Counted from the first letter of the stretch, positions 23,451 to 36,080 are shown. The stretch: 39,737 bases of DNA from Nemertoderma westbladi (GCA_032718475.1 JAUCBJ010008353.1:1-39737), one strand, 5' to 3'. Translations and numbers: made by a program. Notes: generated by a model from the letters alone, not told the origin.

Positions 23451-24321
23451 AGCTCGCATATTGACACATAAAGTACTCGTCCTGTGTACATTAATTTTAT
23501 TTATATTCTTAACTTTATAAGTATTATCTAGCCAACAACAGCTCAAACGACCAATCTAATTTTTCAGAGGGCTAGAACTGCTATCGGACATGATTGATAA
23601 ATTTTGCCAAGTTTATGCATGTGTGACATGACACTACGCCCGGTTAAGAAATAGGACTGTAAAGTGACCCTGTGCCAGTTTGAAACATATAGTTAAAAAA
23701 AAAGAAAGGGAACGTCAAAAATTATTGATAAAATATCGGATTATCAAAAATTGCTGAAGTATACTCTAATAATAAAATCTGTCAATTGCTATTTAGATTA
23801 AATCGTAGTTGCATTACATATCAAATAGAAGCCAATGAACCTAAAACGATAAGAGAATATGTTAGACAAATTCAAAATAATAGTTTATACTGACTGGCCA
23901 CTGAGTTCATTATGAGGTACTGAACAAAACAGATAGGATAGAATGAGAAAACAAAGAACAAAAGAGGTATTCAGTGTTTTTTATCCCTTGTGTAAACCGT
24001 TACGTTACATGTTTAGTATACACCATTTGGTGGTCGTATCTAGTAGCCAAAGGTGCTAAACCGACCAGATTTGTTTACAAACTCAGCCACTAGGTCAAAT
24101 AATGATTGGGCTAATGCTTTGCTGCTTCCAGCAGGTGGACCGAAAATAAAAGTTGTCAAAGTGGGTTGCAAACCAAGAGATACAACATTTGAGTGAAGTG
24201 AAAGGTGGTATGTGTGATAAAGTGGGCATTCCATAAAAAAAGTGATATGCGTCTTCGCGATCATGTCCACAAACGCAATTCCTGAATGGTTGGACGTGAT
24301 TCATATACAAATCATAGTTAA

Positions 24322-25881
24322 CCCTATTAGTACCGGGCTATAAAATGTTGTACAAATACCGGTGGGGGGGGGGGGGGGGGGGGTCATATTGACCCCTCCC
24401 TCTAAAATCTACAAATTTTAACGAAAACGCCTGATTTTTTGTTTGTACGTAGATCTCACTTGTCCGAATCCGACGAACAAAAAAATTTCGAAAAAAGTAT
24501 CTGGGGTGGTTATTTTGCTGCACCAAAATTACAAGTAGTGAACAATTTTCATAAAATTTGAAAGTTATAATTTTCGGCTAATTGTTTTTCAATACAGGTT
24601 TTCTGGGGCGCAAAATCCATTGGAAAGTATTTGAAAATGATCTGATTACTATAAATGGCTGTTTTAGTACTCTACTTAGGCAAAAAATGAAAAAAACAAG
24701 TAACCAGCACTTTTCAGTTTGAACACAAAATTTTTAATTCACTTATACGATGCTATTATATTCACATTTTTAGGTTTTCAGGGCGCTGATTCTAATGGAA
24801 TACATTTTAAATTTGCCAGATCATTGCTAATTGTATTTTTCGGTGTAATATGGCAAATTTTGGTGCTAGCACCAAATTTCGTACCCATCACCAAAAAGTA
24901 CAAGTTTGAGATGTCCAGTGCGGTTTTTATTGATTCCATCGGATTCAGGACCCCCATAAACCCGTATAACGCAAGAAACAAGATGATACTATCTATTGAT
25001 CAATTTGCTTATTTTCAAAATTTGGTGCTGGCACAACAATTTTCACCCACCGGCGAAAAATACAGGTTTGAAAACTCTTATGGAATTTTTACATATTCCA
25101 TTGAATTCAGAACCCTTACAAACCCGTATAACGCAAGAAACAAGGTGATACAATCAATTTGATATTATTTGGTGGTTTTCAAAATTTGGTGCTAGCACCA
25201 AATTTTGCACCCACTTCCGAAAAATACAAGTTTGAGATGTCTAGTTAGATAATTATTTATTTCATTGAATTCAGAACCGCCATAAACCTCTAAAACGCGA
25301 GAAATAAGTTGTAACAATCAATTTAACTATTGAATGGATTTTCAAAATTTCGTGCTGGCACCAAATTTTGCACACCGCGCCGAAAAATACAAGTTTGATA
25401 CTCCTGGTGCAACTCGTATATATTCCATCGAAATCAGAACCCTAAAAAACCCCTATTGCGCAAAAACAGGTTCAAACAATCAATTTACAAATTTGACATA
25501 TTTCAAAATTTGGTGCTGGCATCAAAATTGGCACCCGCCGAAAAAACAAGTTTGAAATTTCTAAATTAATTTATATGAATTCCATCCAATTGCAAACACC
25601 AAAAAACCGGTGTAAATCAAAAATAGAGATGTTACAAATCATATTTAATGAAATGTAATTTTCAAAAAACGTCTCAAAAAAAGTGCCAAAAGTAGGGTTA
25701 AAAAATGGTGCTATAACTCGAAAACTACCCAATATTTTTGAAAACCGTTTTCACTAGTAGGAAGACAATAGATTTTTAGGAAAAGTCACAAAATTTCAAA
25801 TTCCCCCTGCGTTTGTTTCAGAGTTATAAAAAAAAACCACGGGGGGGGGGTCATATTGACCTCCCGCCGGGTTTAATAGGG
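24322..25881 (+). mobile_element. piggyBac-type non-autonomous element, copy 2 (intact)
   Basis: TTAA TSD at 24318-24321 and 25882-25885; imperfect TIRs CCCTATTAGTACCGGG / CCCGG-like..GTTTAATAGGG; subterminal GGGGTCATATTGACC palindrome at both ends; removal restores the CR1 reading frame (SALN-YDLY). Confidence 0.93.
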
Positions 25882-27318
25882 TTAAGGGCAGAGCAGGGGC
25901 AACGGAGTCTAGCTAACAGGCCATTTAAAGGGGGAGTGGAGTGCCTAGCTGAAACTAATAGGGAGGGAACCTTGTTTTGTGGGTAAACAACTGGATGTTG
26001 TAGTTGAAATTGTCTATATTTTGGGCTGCTCATACCTGGGGCGGTAGAGAGTTCCAGAGCCGCACCATACAGGGAAGAAATGAGTTTTTGTAGATATTAG
26101 TGCGCTCCATTGGTGGCTGTAAGTTGCCAGAGTTCCGCGTTGAATGTGAACTGGCCCTGCTGACAGATGTAGGGAGGATATCAAGCAAATGCTGAGGAGC
26201 TGATCCGGAGACCATTTTGTATAGAGTACATAATTTTTGAAAATCCCTCCGTTTCTGAAGAGGGTACAGTCCGGATTCCTCGGAGGGGCAAGAGATTGTT
26301 AATTTGCATATAATTCTGATTGCTTCTTTATTGAGGAGTTCCAGGTCATTTTTAAGCTCGTCTGAGCAATTGTCCCATACTACACTGGCATATTCTAGAC
26401 TGGATCTGACGAAAGATTTGTTTATGTTGAGTAGTGCATTTCTACTAATCAAGTATTTGACAGCTCTCAACATGTTTAGTTTCATGTTGGCAGAGGCTAG
26501 CATTAATGACACTTGAGTGTGCCATTTCAAATTGGGGGTGAAAATGCAGCCGAGATGCTTGTGTTCGGTGATTTCAGTAACCAACACTGAGTTGAGCGAA
26601 AGGGGAAGACGACATGGGTCGCGAACCCGGCGATGTGAAAAAAGCATACTTTCAGTCTTAGCGGGGTTAAATGTTACAAGCAATTTTGATCCCCAATTTG
26701 AAACAGCCACTAGGTCCTTATTAAGGGCTGTGGAGGCTAAAAAACAATCGGTTTTGTTAATCTCTATGTACAGCATATAAGCTGATTTTACTTGTTACTA
26801 CATCTATAATGTCATTTATAAAAATTAAAAAAAGCAAGGGACCTAGCACTGACCCTTGAGGGACACCAGCTAGTACTGTTACCCAAGATGACTGCTGGCT
26901 GTTTATTAAAACGCACTGAAAATTATCCTCGAGATAGTTTTTCAACCTCTTTAATAGCCCACCGCCCATAATGCCCATACTTTCTAATTTAAACAAGAGC
27001 CTTTTATGGTGAACTATATCGAAAGCTTTGCTAATATCTAAAAAAACTATTCTAACTTCCTTGCCTTTATCTAATGCTTGTACGAGGGCATTGTACAGTA
27101 TAATGATAGTAATTGATAAATTGTCCTGTCACCACGAACAAACCCGGATTGGTGTTTTGAAATGAAAGTTGTTATGTACGAAAAAATGATACGATGTATG
27201 TAGTGTTCAAATAGTTTGCAGATGTTGCTTGTTAAGGCAACTGGGCTGTAATTTAAACCGAAGCTTGTAGGTATCTTTTTTAGTAAGGGAATAACAACGT
27301 AATTTCCATTTGCTTGGA

Positions 27319-27996
27319 TGCACGCCGTTGTCAAACACATACTGAAACAACGTGCACGCCGTTGTCAAACACATACTGAAACAACGTGCACGCCGTTGTC
27401 AAACACATACTGAAACAACGTGCACGCCGTTGTCAAACACATACTGAAACAACGTGCATGCCGTTGTCAAACACATACTGAAACAACGTGCACGCCGTTG
27501 TCAAACACATACTGAAACAACGTGCACGCCGTTGTCAAACACATACTGAAACAACGTGCACGCCGTTGTCAAACACATACTGAAACAACGTGCATGCCGT
27601 TGTCAAACACATACTGAAACAACGTGCACGCCGTTGTCAAACACATACTGAAACAACGTGCACGCCGTTGTCAAACACATACTGAAACAACGTGCACGCC
27701 GTTGTCAAACACATACTGAAACAACGTGCATGCCGTTGTCAAACACATACTGAAACAACGTGCACGCCGTTGTCAAACACATACTGAAACAACGTGCACG
27801 CCGTTGTCAAACACATACTGAAACAACGTGCACGCCGTTGTCAAACACATACTGAAACAACGTGCACGCCGTTGTCAAACACATACTGAAACAACGTGCA
27901 CGCCATTGTCAAACACATACTGAAACAACGTGCACGCCGTTGTCAAACACATACTGAAACAACGTGCACGCCGTTGTCAAACAAATACTGAAACAA
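27319..27996. repeat. 34-bp minisatellite, ~20 copies, derived from CR1 RT coding sequence
   Basis: Unit TGCACGCCGTTGTCAAACACATACTGAAACAACG; minus strand reads LFQYVFDNGVH, continuing into PSKWK; C>T variant every 136 bp (27459, 27595, 27731). Confidence 0.98.
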
Positions 27997-28067
27997 TTTT
28001 GTGACGTGTGAAATAATAACGGGTATACCCTGCTTCATCATTTTGTTTGAAATCTGTTCAGCTGGGC

Positions 28068-28210
28068 ATCGTAGCCCCATCGGGATATCGTAGCCCCATC
28101 GGGATATCGTAGCCCCATCGGGATATTCGTAGCCCCATCGGGATATTTCGTAGCCCCATCGGGATATATCGTAGCCCCATCGGGATATATCGTAGCCCCA
28201 TCAGGATATT
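28068..28210. repeat. 19-21-bp minisatellite, 7 copies, inside the CR1 relic
   Basis: ATCGTAGCCCCATCGGGAT units; located where the A.GPDG motif preceding RT is expected. Confidence 0.95.
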
Positions 28211-29299
28211 TCAGATCGCAAAAAAATTACCTGGGGAAAAGTTGACCTTCGTAAGGAGTGGTTCAGGAAAAGCAGTCAGTGGTAAAGAAAATTGAGAGTT
28301 ATCCAAAAAATAATGATCGGGAAAAAACAAGTTAAATAATTCAGCCTTTTCCTTAGATGTTACGGCTGTAATGTTATTGTAGGAAACTGATGGGATTTCG
28401 TGCTTCGCGTTGTTGCCTAACAAGACCATCATTATTTACTAGACAATCTGCATGTATATAATTTATTTGAAAGTTTGGAATAGTACGCTCTTTTGGCTGC
28501 ATGACACTCCTGTATGTAATTATTTCGCGAAGTACGAAAATTAGCCCACGCATTACTATCATTGGTAGTTTTGGCTGCTTTGTTCTTGCGAGAATTAATA
28601 CGTGATAATTTACGCAAGCAACTGGTGTACCAGGGCTTATCATTAGGCCTTATTGTAACTAATTTAAGTAAATAATTTAAGTCAGAGCTGTGGTAATTAT
28701 ATTATACGGTTAACATTGAACTCGCCAATATTGAGTCTATGACAAAGTTTGTCTATTAATTGTACAGTAGATTGATACTTATTTCGATTATACAGTACCT
28801 ACATTGTGTTAATTAGCACTAGCATACGGTCCTGTTAATTCGTCAAGTTATACAGTACTTACAGAAATTAGTATGTGCAGAATAAAGGGTCTCATACTAA
28901 CAGTAGTTAGTATGTGCAGTATAAGGGGTCAACCAGAACTAATTGGCATTTAATTATAAGGATTTTTGGATCACCTTTTTCTTTCGTTCAATTAAATTCA
29001 TATAGTAGCCTAATTGTTATGGTAAATTCATATTTTATAATTTCGGTGTAAAATCTTAAAACTCTTGTATTAAATATTCTGTATGATAAAGTCATTAAAT
29101 ATTTTCATCTCTCTAAAATAACCAAAAGAGCATTTATTAGCCTACAGTAAGTAAGTCTTGGTTAAAATCACCTAGAAGCAGTATTTCATTATACCGCAAG
29201 CTTTTAGCTTCAGATACCATATGGTTGATTGATTCCCAAAATACATGAGGGGTATGATCAGGTCTGCAACATAGACCTACTAGAATTTTCCAAAAATTA

Positions 29300-29367
29300 A
29301 TTAATGGTCGACCAAAAATTATTAATTTATGGTTGACCATAAATTAATTTTTGGTCGACCATAAATT
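29300..29367. repeat. ~60-bp imperfect palindrome with three TGGTCGACCA-like motifs
   Basis: atggtcgaccaa (29304), atggttgaccat (29329), ttggtcgaccat (29351) separated by self-complementary AT spacers. Confidence 0.8.
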
Positions 29368-29489
29368 ATGACGTCATGGAGAACTTCTGAAAAAAAGTAA
29401 AAAAAAATTAATTTATTGGCAAGGCCACCGAAAATATATAATAACAATATAACATTAAATAATATTTTAAATGTTTATTGTTTATACAG

Positions 29490-32257
29490 ATTACGGTGAG
29501 CTATGATGGGACTTTGAGGACATCAATCAAATAGTGGGGTTGGAGCAGTGATTTCAATGAGAACCAGTAAAATACTCGATTTTGCAACGCGCAATAAAAT
29601 CTGTGCATCATGTTCGTTTGCACCATTCAAAAGAGTTCGGAAGCTTATGAAATTTTCATGGGCAAACATTCATCTGATTCCCCAGGGAAATATAGTGGAT
29701 CCTCTGTGTCGATGGAAGCAAACATTGCTGTGGAGTTGTTTGAGCGATCTAAACTCTACTAACTCAAATATTTGGAGATGGTTTGTGATGGCGACAGCAG
29801 CCATTATAATTCTGTTGAATTTACTTATGGTGGATGTGATGGTGTACAGTGCCATGAAAAAGGCCAATGAACTAAAATTTGATCAGTCGGATGATGGTAT
29901 GGAACATTGGCGTAAACATGATGAGGATGAAGTCAATTGCGAAAGGGTGAAAAAGCTTGACTGTGTCAATCATGTCAAAAAACGCCTTGGCAAAGCTCTA
30001 GAAAGTTTCAGGGTTAGCACTAAGGGTAAACTTTCCAATGGTAAGCCTTTTGGAGGAGCAAGTCACAGGCTAACGCAGGCTACTGTGGAACGATTCAGTC
30101 GTTACTATGGTAGTGCAATAAAAAACTCTGTCAATCCAAACACTAAAACCTCTGAAGAAATCACAGAGTCAGCTATGAAGATGAAACGGAACTGTTACGC
30201 TTCACTCAAACATAATGTACGATCTGGTACAGACAAACAGAGGCATTATTTCTGCCCTGAGACTAGTTGGTGTCAGTATAAAACAACCGGACAATTGGAG
30301 GATAAAAAGCACCACCTTGACCCTGTATTCATAGAATGTTGTTGTGGCCCATATACTACCGTGTCACTCATTTTAATCCTATTAAACCCGGGTGGGGGGG
30401 GGGGGGGGGGGGGGTCAATATGACCCTCCCGTGGTTTTTTTATTATAATTCTGAAACCAACGCAGTTGGGAATCTGAAATTTTATGACTTTTCCTAAAAA
30501 TCTATTGTCTTCTTAGTATTGAAAACCATTTTCAAAAATATTGGGTAGTTTTCGAGTTATAGCACCATTTTTTAACCCTACTTTTGGCACTTTTTTTGAG
30601 ATTTTTTTTGAAAATTTCATTTCATTAAATATGAATTGTGACATCTCTATTTTTGATTTACACCGGTTTTTTGGTGTTAGCAATTGGATGGAATTCATAT
30701 AAATTGATTTAGAAATTTCAAACTTGTTTTTTTCACCGGGTACCAAATTTTGGTGCCAGCACAAAATTTTGAAATATGTCAATTTTGTAAATTGATTGTT
30801 TCAAACTTGTTTTTTACGCAATTGGGGTTTTTTGGGGTTCTGGTTTTGATGGAATATATACGAGTTGCACCAAGCGTATCAAACTTGTATTTTTCGGTGC
30901 TGTGTGCAAATTTTGGTGCTAGCACGAAATTTTGAAAATCCATTCAATAGATAAAATTGCTTGTGACAATTTATTTCTTGCGTTTTATAGGTTTATGGCT
31001 GTTCTGAATTCAATGGAATATATAATCATCGAACTAGATATATCAAACTTGTATTTTTCGGAAGTGGGTGCAAAATGTGGTGCTAGCACCAAATTTTGAA
31101 AACCATCAAATATATCAATTGATTGTGTCACCGTGTTTCTTGCGTTATAGGGGTTTGTGAGGGTTCTGAATTCAATGGAATCAGTAAAAATTTCATAAGA
31201 GTTTTCGAACTTGTATTTTTCGTCGGTGGGTGAAAATTGTTGTGCCAGCACCAAATTTTGGAAAATAAGCAAATTGATCAGTAGATAGTATCATCTTGTT
31301 TCTTGCGTTATACGGGTTTATGGGGGTCCTGAATCCGATGGAATCAATAAAAACAGCACTGGACATCGCAAACTTGTACTTTTTGGTGATGGGTACGAAA
31401 TTTGGTGTTAGCACCAAAATTTGCCAAATTAGGCCGAAAAATACAAGTAGCAATGATCTGGCATTTTAGAAATGTATTCCATTAGAAACAGCGCCCTGGA
31501 AAACCTGAAAATGTGAATTTATAGCATCGTATAAGTGAAAAAAAATTTTTGTGTTCTAACTGAAAAGTGCTGGTTACTTGTTTTTTTCATTTTTTTCCTA
31601 CGCAGAGAGGACTAAACGGCCATTTATAGTAATCATATCATTTTTAAATATTTTCCAATGTATTTTGCGCCCCAGAAAACCTGTATTTAAAAACAATTTG
31701 CCGAAAAATGTAACTTTCAAATTTTGTGAAAATTGTGCACTACTTGTAATTTTGGTGCTGCAATATAACCACCCCAGTACATTTTTTAGAAATTTTTTTT
31801 TCGGTCGGATCCAGAAAGTGATATCTACGTACAAACAAAAAATCAGACGTTTTTGTAAAAATTTTTAGATTTTAGAGGGGGGGGGGGGGGGGGGGGGGGG
31901 GGTCAATATGACCCCCCACCCCTGTATTTGTACAACATTTTATAGCCCGGTACTAATAGGGTTAATCTCTTAAAGCAATGCGTTCCCAGCTTTACACAAA
32001 ATCTGTCTGAGGGATTCAACAGCTTTATATAGGTTCGAGCTCCGAAACATAAATGTTGGGGAGCTGTCCGTGTGAGGCTAGCTACTGTATCAGCTGTGAT
32101 AGCCTTTAACAAAGGAACTTCTGGTTGCAATAATGTCATACAGAAACTCACTGGGAAAGAGGCAAGTAAGCAGTCGCAGCTCATGGCCATCAGAAGGAAA
32201 AAAACCTGCCCGCAGTTCTTGGTTGGACAAAAACTCATACAATCCTGGTGGATTTAA
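29490..32257 (+). pseudogene. DDE transposase pseudogene, Kolobok/Mutator-like family
   Basis: After a tttatacag acceptor: ITVSYDGT..GHQSNSGVGAVI..SKILDF..RNKIC..C; alternate frame GSSVSME..ELFERS..VCDGDS; KLDCVNHVKKRLG; RYYGSAI; HYFCP..SWC; after the insertion PIY..LLKQC..TQNLSEGFNS.I*..APK..AVIAFNKG. Confidence 0.88.
30377..31961 (-). mobile_element. piggyBac-type non-autonomous element, copy 3 (inverted)
   Basis: TTAA at 30373-30376 and 31962-31965; ends tcctattaaacccggg and cccggtactaataggg; reverse complement colinear with copy 2; removal rejoins transposase (VTHFN-LLKQC). Confidence 0.93.
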
Positions 32258-32309
32258 TAATTGAACAGATGGGTCAAACAACCATGTTTTTACATTTCAA
32301 AACCCATCA

Positions 32310-32548
32310 ATTAAAAGTACAAAGTCTGACGACTTATTTCCAGTGCAGTCCCCCCAGAACTTTACTCACCAGAGGAAACTCTAGTACTCATTTAGCTACC
32401 ACTTAAGGATGCAAGGCAGAGATGCGCCCTGGCTGGTCCCTTTAAATCATTCGTGCCGAAACGAAAACTGCCCTGGCCCATGTGAGGATCGAACCCACGA
32501 CCTACGGGAGATGTGAATTCAATGCAACCACTACACCAAGGTGGAACC
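32310..32548 (-). mobile_element. tRNA-derived SINE
   Basis: Minus strand: A box TGGTGTAGTGG, B box GGTTCGATCC, then tctgccttgcatccttaagtggtagctaaatgagtac resembling the Nin/Deu-type central domain. Confidence 0.7.
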
Positions 32549-33813
32549 TTGATTAGTATTATTATTGTGAATTATTATTCTAGAACATGACAATAAATAA
32601 TTGAACAAATGTGTCTAACAACCATGTTTTTACACTTCGAAACCCATTCCATTGACTTCAGCACCAAAAAACCTCAGTATATGTGAAATCACGACGTTTA
32701 CAGCACATTTTCGTTAAAAATATTGTTTATATATACTTTAAATGCGTTTTTCTCGAAAGCTACTTTTTGGTCTCCTAAAATGCTACTAGTCCATCAATTT
32801 TTGATAAACTTTTTCGAATTCTTCACAAACCCACCACCTTGATATGGATCATAAAAGTATCGGACAGAAATTTGAAATTTTTATTCTATGTGTGTTTTTT
32901 ATTGATCGATACTTTTGAAAATCGACCTGTTTAAATTAATGCTGGAAAGATTCAGTGTTCAATAATGATTTCCCTGGGATCCTTGCATTTCAAAAACATG
33001 TGTCACAAAGTCAGATAAATCTATTTTTTGGTAGTATGAGATATTATTCGGTAAAAACATTTTTTTTTGTCATTCAGACAAATATGTATAGCAGCCACAT
33101 AACAAAAATCAGACTGTTTCACTCATAATTACTTCAGTAAGGTGTGAGAAAAAGGTGTAGCGACCCCTTAATCTGAAATTTAGAGGAAATATAGATAGCG
33201 AGGCCACCACCGCCAGTTAATCTTATCACATCTAATGTGGGCATGAAAGTTAGAAAGTTGAAACATTGAAAGAACCCGTGGAAATGCATTGACTCAATAA
33301 ACTGTTCACGTCATCTTTAGAAACAAACTAACAGTTATGATTCTGGCATTTTTGTTTGCCTATATGCTGCAGCCTTAGCTCATAATGAAAACTCCATTCA
33401 CGAAAATATGCTTGACTCCTCAACTGCACGGAAGTGGGTCTATGACATCCTGGATAGCATAAAATATACAAATCCTTACATAACAGCATCCGCAACGCCA
33501 ACATCACACCACTCTTACAACATCCAATGAAAGCAACTGCGACAATACAATCTCCTAAACTTACAACAGTCATGAAGAAACAAGTAAAATCAAACAACAC
33601 TATATCTGATACTCCACTACAAACTTCCTCCCATGAGGTAACAACCGTCGACGAATTCATGAAAACAGCAAGGAAATTGAAATTAATCCAAAATCCAAAA
33701 GACCACTTTGCCAAATGCCTCATGTCTCTTGGCATGGACAGCCTTTCTATCTTCCAAAAAGTCCTCTTCAACATCATTGGTGTTAAATTGTGACATCATT
33801 GGTGTTGAATGCA

Positions 33814-36080
33814 CTACTAGGATCGGCATGCTGCATTGCAGCTGCATTTTTAAGAATGCTGTGCCGGCTTGTCAACAAAATTGCACCGCCACAACTCCCT
33901 ATCACCCATGACATTTGCTAGATCATCCGCATCTTCAAGGCCAGTGTCCTTTAAGATGCGTCTCAAGAAAGTCATGGGCTGTCCACCATGCTTATTCACT
34001 CCATGAGGCTGCCAAAGTACAAGATTATGCACTGGCTGGTCCTCACGGCGAAAGCAATGTCCTGCAAAGTGGAGGCGATTTCGTTCTAGTGTCAAGCTTG
34101 GGGGAACCAATGAGACACCTCCAATGTTATATAGTGTCTGGTTGGAGATGTGTGCATTGTACTTGACACAATGAACCCGGCGTAGCATTCTTGTGAATGT
34201 GCCATCCAGAGATTTGGTGTCCTCAGCAGTTAGAGCCCAGCATGGACTCCCGTAGAGGAGTACTGGAACTACTGCTGCTCTAAATAATCGGACCTTAAGT
34301 TTCCGATTAATTCTCGGTGACTTCCAAATCCTGGAAAGCCTATTCAAGGCTGCCCATGCCTTTCCCTTACGTATTCGAAGGTCCTCACCTGACTTCCGGA
34401 TCCATGATCCCAGGTAACAGAAGTCGTCCACATGCTCAAGCATACCATCCTTTGAGCTTATGCTCATCTGATCAGAGACTTGCTGAGGACTTTCAAAGTT
34501 AACTGTCAAAATTTTGGTCTTTCTGGAGTTAATAAAAAGACCAACACTAGAAGCAGCATGTTCTAATGAGCTGATGAGCCATTGGGCTCCCTCTAGTGAT
34601 TCTGAGAGTACTCCTAAGTCATCAGCAAAGTCTAGATCAGTTAGGTGGCAGGATTTCCTCGACTTCTGGAGCCAGTAGGTGGAGTTATCATCACCCCATC
34701 ATCATTGTGATGATCTAAGGACATGCGTAGAACATAGTCAACCACAATAATGAACAAGAATGGTGCAAGTGTGTCTCCTTGGAGGACTCCCCATAACACT
34801 TCAAATGGTTCTGTGTCACCATCAACAGTAGACACAAATGTTGTCAAACCATCGTATACTGATCTTATTGCTGCAATAATTTCATCAGGAATCCCATATA
34901 ATGAAAGTATGCTGAACATACGTGAGCGAGAGACTGAATCAAAGGCCTTGAAGAAGTCAACAAAGATAACAGCCAGATGCCTGTCTTTCTTTTTGGTTAA
35001 TTCTTCAATTATCCTTCTAAGTGCCAAAATGGGCTCCATGGTCCCACGACCTTTACGGAACCCATTCTGATTTCCACGGAGCAGTCTCTCAATGGGATCC
35101 CTGATGCGATTTAATAGAATCCTATTGTATAGCTTTGCAGCAATCGAGATCAATGAGATTCCCCGAAAAGAACCATAGAGTGTTAGGTTGCCCTTCTTGG
35201 GAACTGGCACCAACTTATTTGTTTTCATTTCTTGTGGGACTCTTGTTGTTCGGTACATGTCTACTATGATGGGATAGATGAGCTTTAAACACTCAGGTAT
35301 TTTAAAGACCTCAGGGGGAACACCATCTACTCCACTGGCACGATTGGTCTTAATGCTCTTTGCAGCAGCCTTCACTTCTGCAAAGGAGATATCGCCAATG
35401 GGAATATCTGGGAGTACAGACTCAGACACTTTTACTTCTATAAATATCCTGCAATACCCTGTCATTATTGAGGAGCTTTTCAAAGTGGGCTTTCCAACCA
35501 TTGAGGCGATCGGCTGGTGATTCAGCCTTAACCTTGGTGGTTGGTTGGCTTTTACGCCCAGTAAGCAAGTTGATCGATTTCCATGCCTGGGATGATTGCC
35601 TGCTGCCGTCAGCCTCATTGATGGCATCAACCTGTTGGTTTATTAGCTCCTGTAGATTAACAGAGTACTGCCTGTTCAGGGACCTAGATGCAGCCTTAAC
35701 TGCATTCTTGGCCGCTGTAGTCTGTTTGAGTCGGGACTCTTTCTGCGCCTTATGAAGGTCATTTCGGCACTTCTGAATTTTGTTGTCAGTCCAGGGGGCC
35801 CTTTCCCTGTTTCGAGGGTATACAGGAACTGTTTCTGCAGCTGCTAACTTAACTGCTTCTGTAAAGGCAGTATAGCCATCTCAGTGATCTGCCGCCTCAG
35901 AGGCAAGAGCCTCATACCTGTTGCTCAGCTGTAGTGTGAAGCTGGATCTCACACTTGGCTGTTGCAACAGAGAGGACCAGTCATGTCGCGGCAAGGCAGA
36001 TTTCGTTATTCTGCTAGCACGCAGACTAAGTCTTACCTTGGCCACAATAAGGCGGTGATCACTGGAGAAAGTGGAGGACT
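33814..36080 (-). mobile_element. RTE-family LINE, 5'-truncated, with frameshifts
   Basis: SDHRLIVAKVRL (APE end, ~36060), RASGVDGVPPE, PVPKKG, FRGISL, QNGFRKGR, FVDFFKAFDSV, GVLQGDTLAPFLF, frameshift at ~34645 then LTDLDFADD, FCYLGS, VLLYGS; 3' tail (TAG)n at 33814. Confidence 0.95.

Larger units (their letters stand above)
23850..29300 (-). pseudogene. CR1-clade LINE ORF2 relic (APE fragment, RT, C-terminal CCHC finger), split by a piggyBac-type element and two minisatellites
   Basis: LLGDFN (29137..), IRPNDKPW (~28640), NYSPVALTSNICKLFE, HQSGF, DISKAFD (~27020), GVPQGSVLGPLLFLIFIND, FNPAKT, HKHLG, SLEYASVVWD, RLWNSLP, then RLRCPCSALN|YDLYMNH..CVCGHDREDAYHFFMEC across the insertion; 3' limit approximate. 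Confidence 0.92.
29370..33167 (+). mobile_element. Kolobok-like DNA transposon, right part; candidate terminus ...GGTGTAGCGACCCC|TTAA
   Basis: Transposase above followed by ~0.9 kb non-coding DNA ending CC-TTAA at 33167-33171; matching left TIR not found in window. Confidence 0.5.

Noticed and set aside
24719-25555. ORFs inside the 1.5-kb TTAA element (also 9928-10677 and 30513-31868)
   Set aside because: Frames differ between the three copies and have no transposase motifs; they translate the 162-bp repeats
29548-30423. Intact 291-aa protein
   Set aside because: Frameshift chimera: the GSS..ME and DGDS motifs lie in another frame with a stop, and the C-terminus is piggyBac-type element sequence
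32460-32548. Functional tRNA gene (also 11800-11905, 13490-13592)
   Set aside because: A/B boxes present but no complete cloverleaf or anticodon arm; SINE-like context
34565-34585. Hammerhead ribozyme core CTGATGA (expected near Penelope elements)
   Set aside because: This and other CTGANGA hits lack flanking stems and a paired GAAA; it lies within RTE coding sequence
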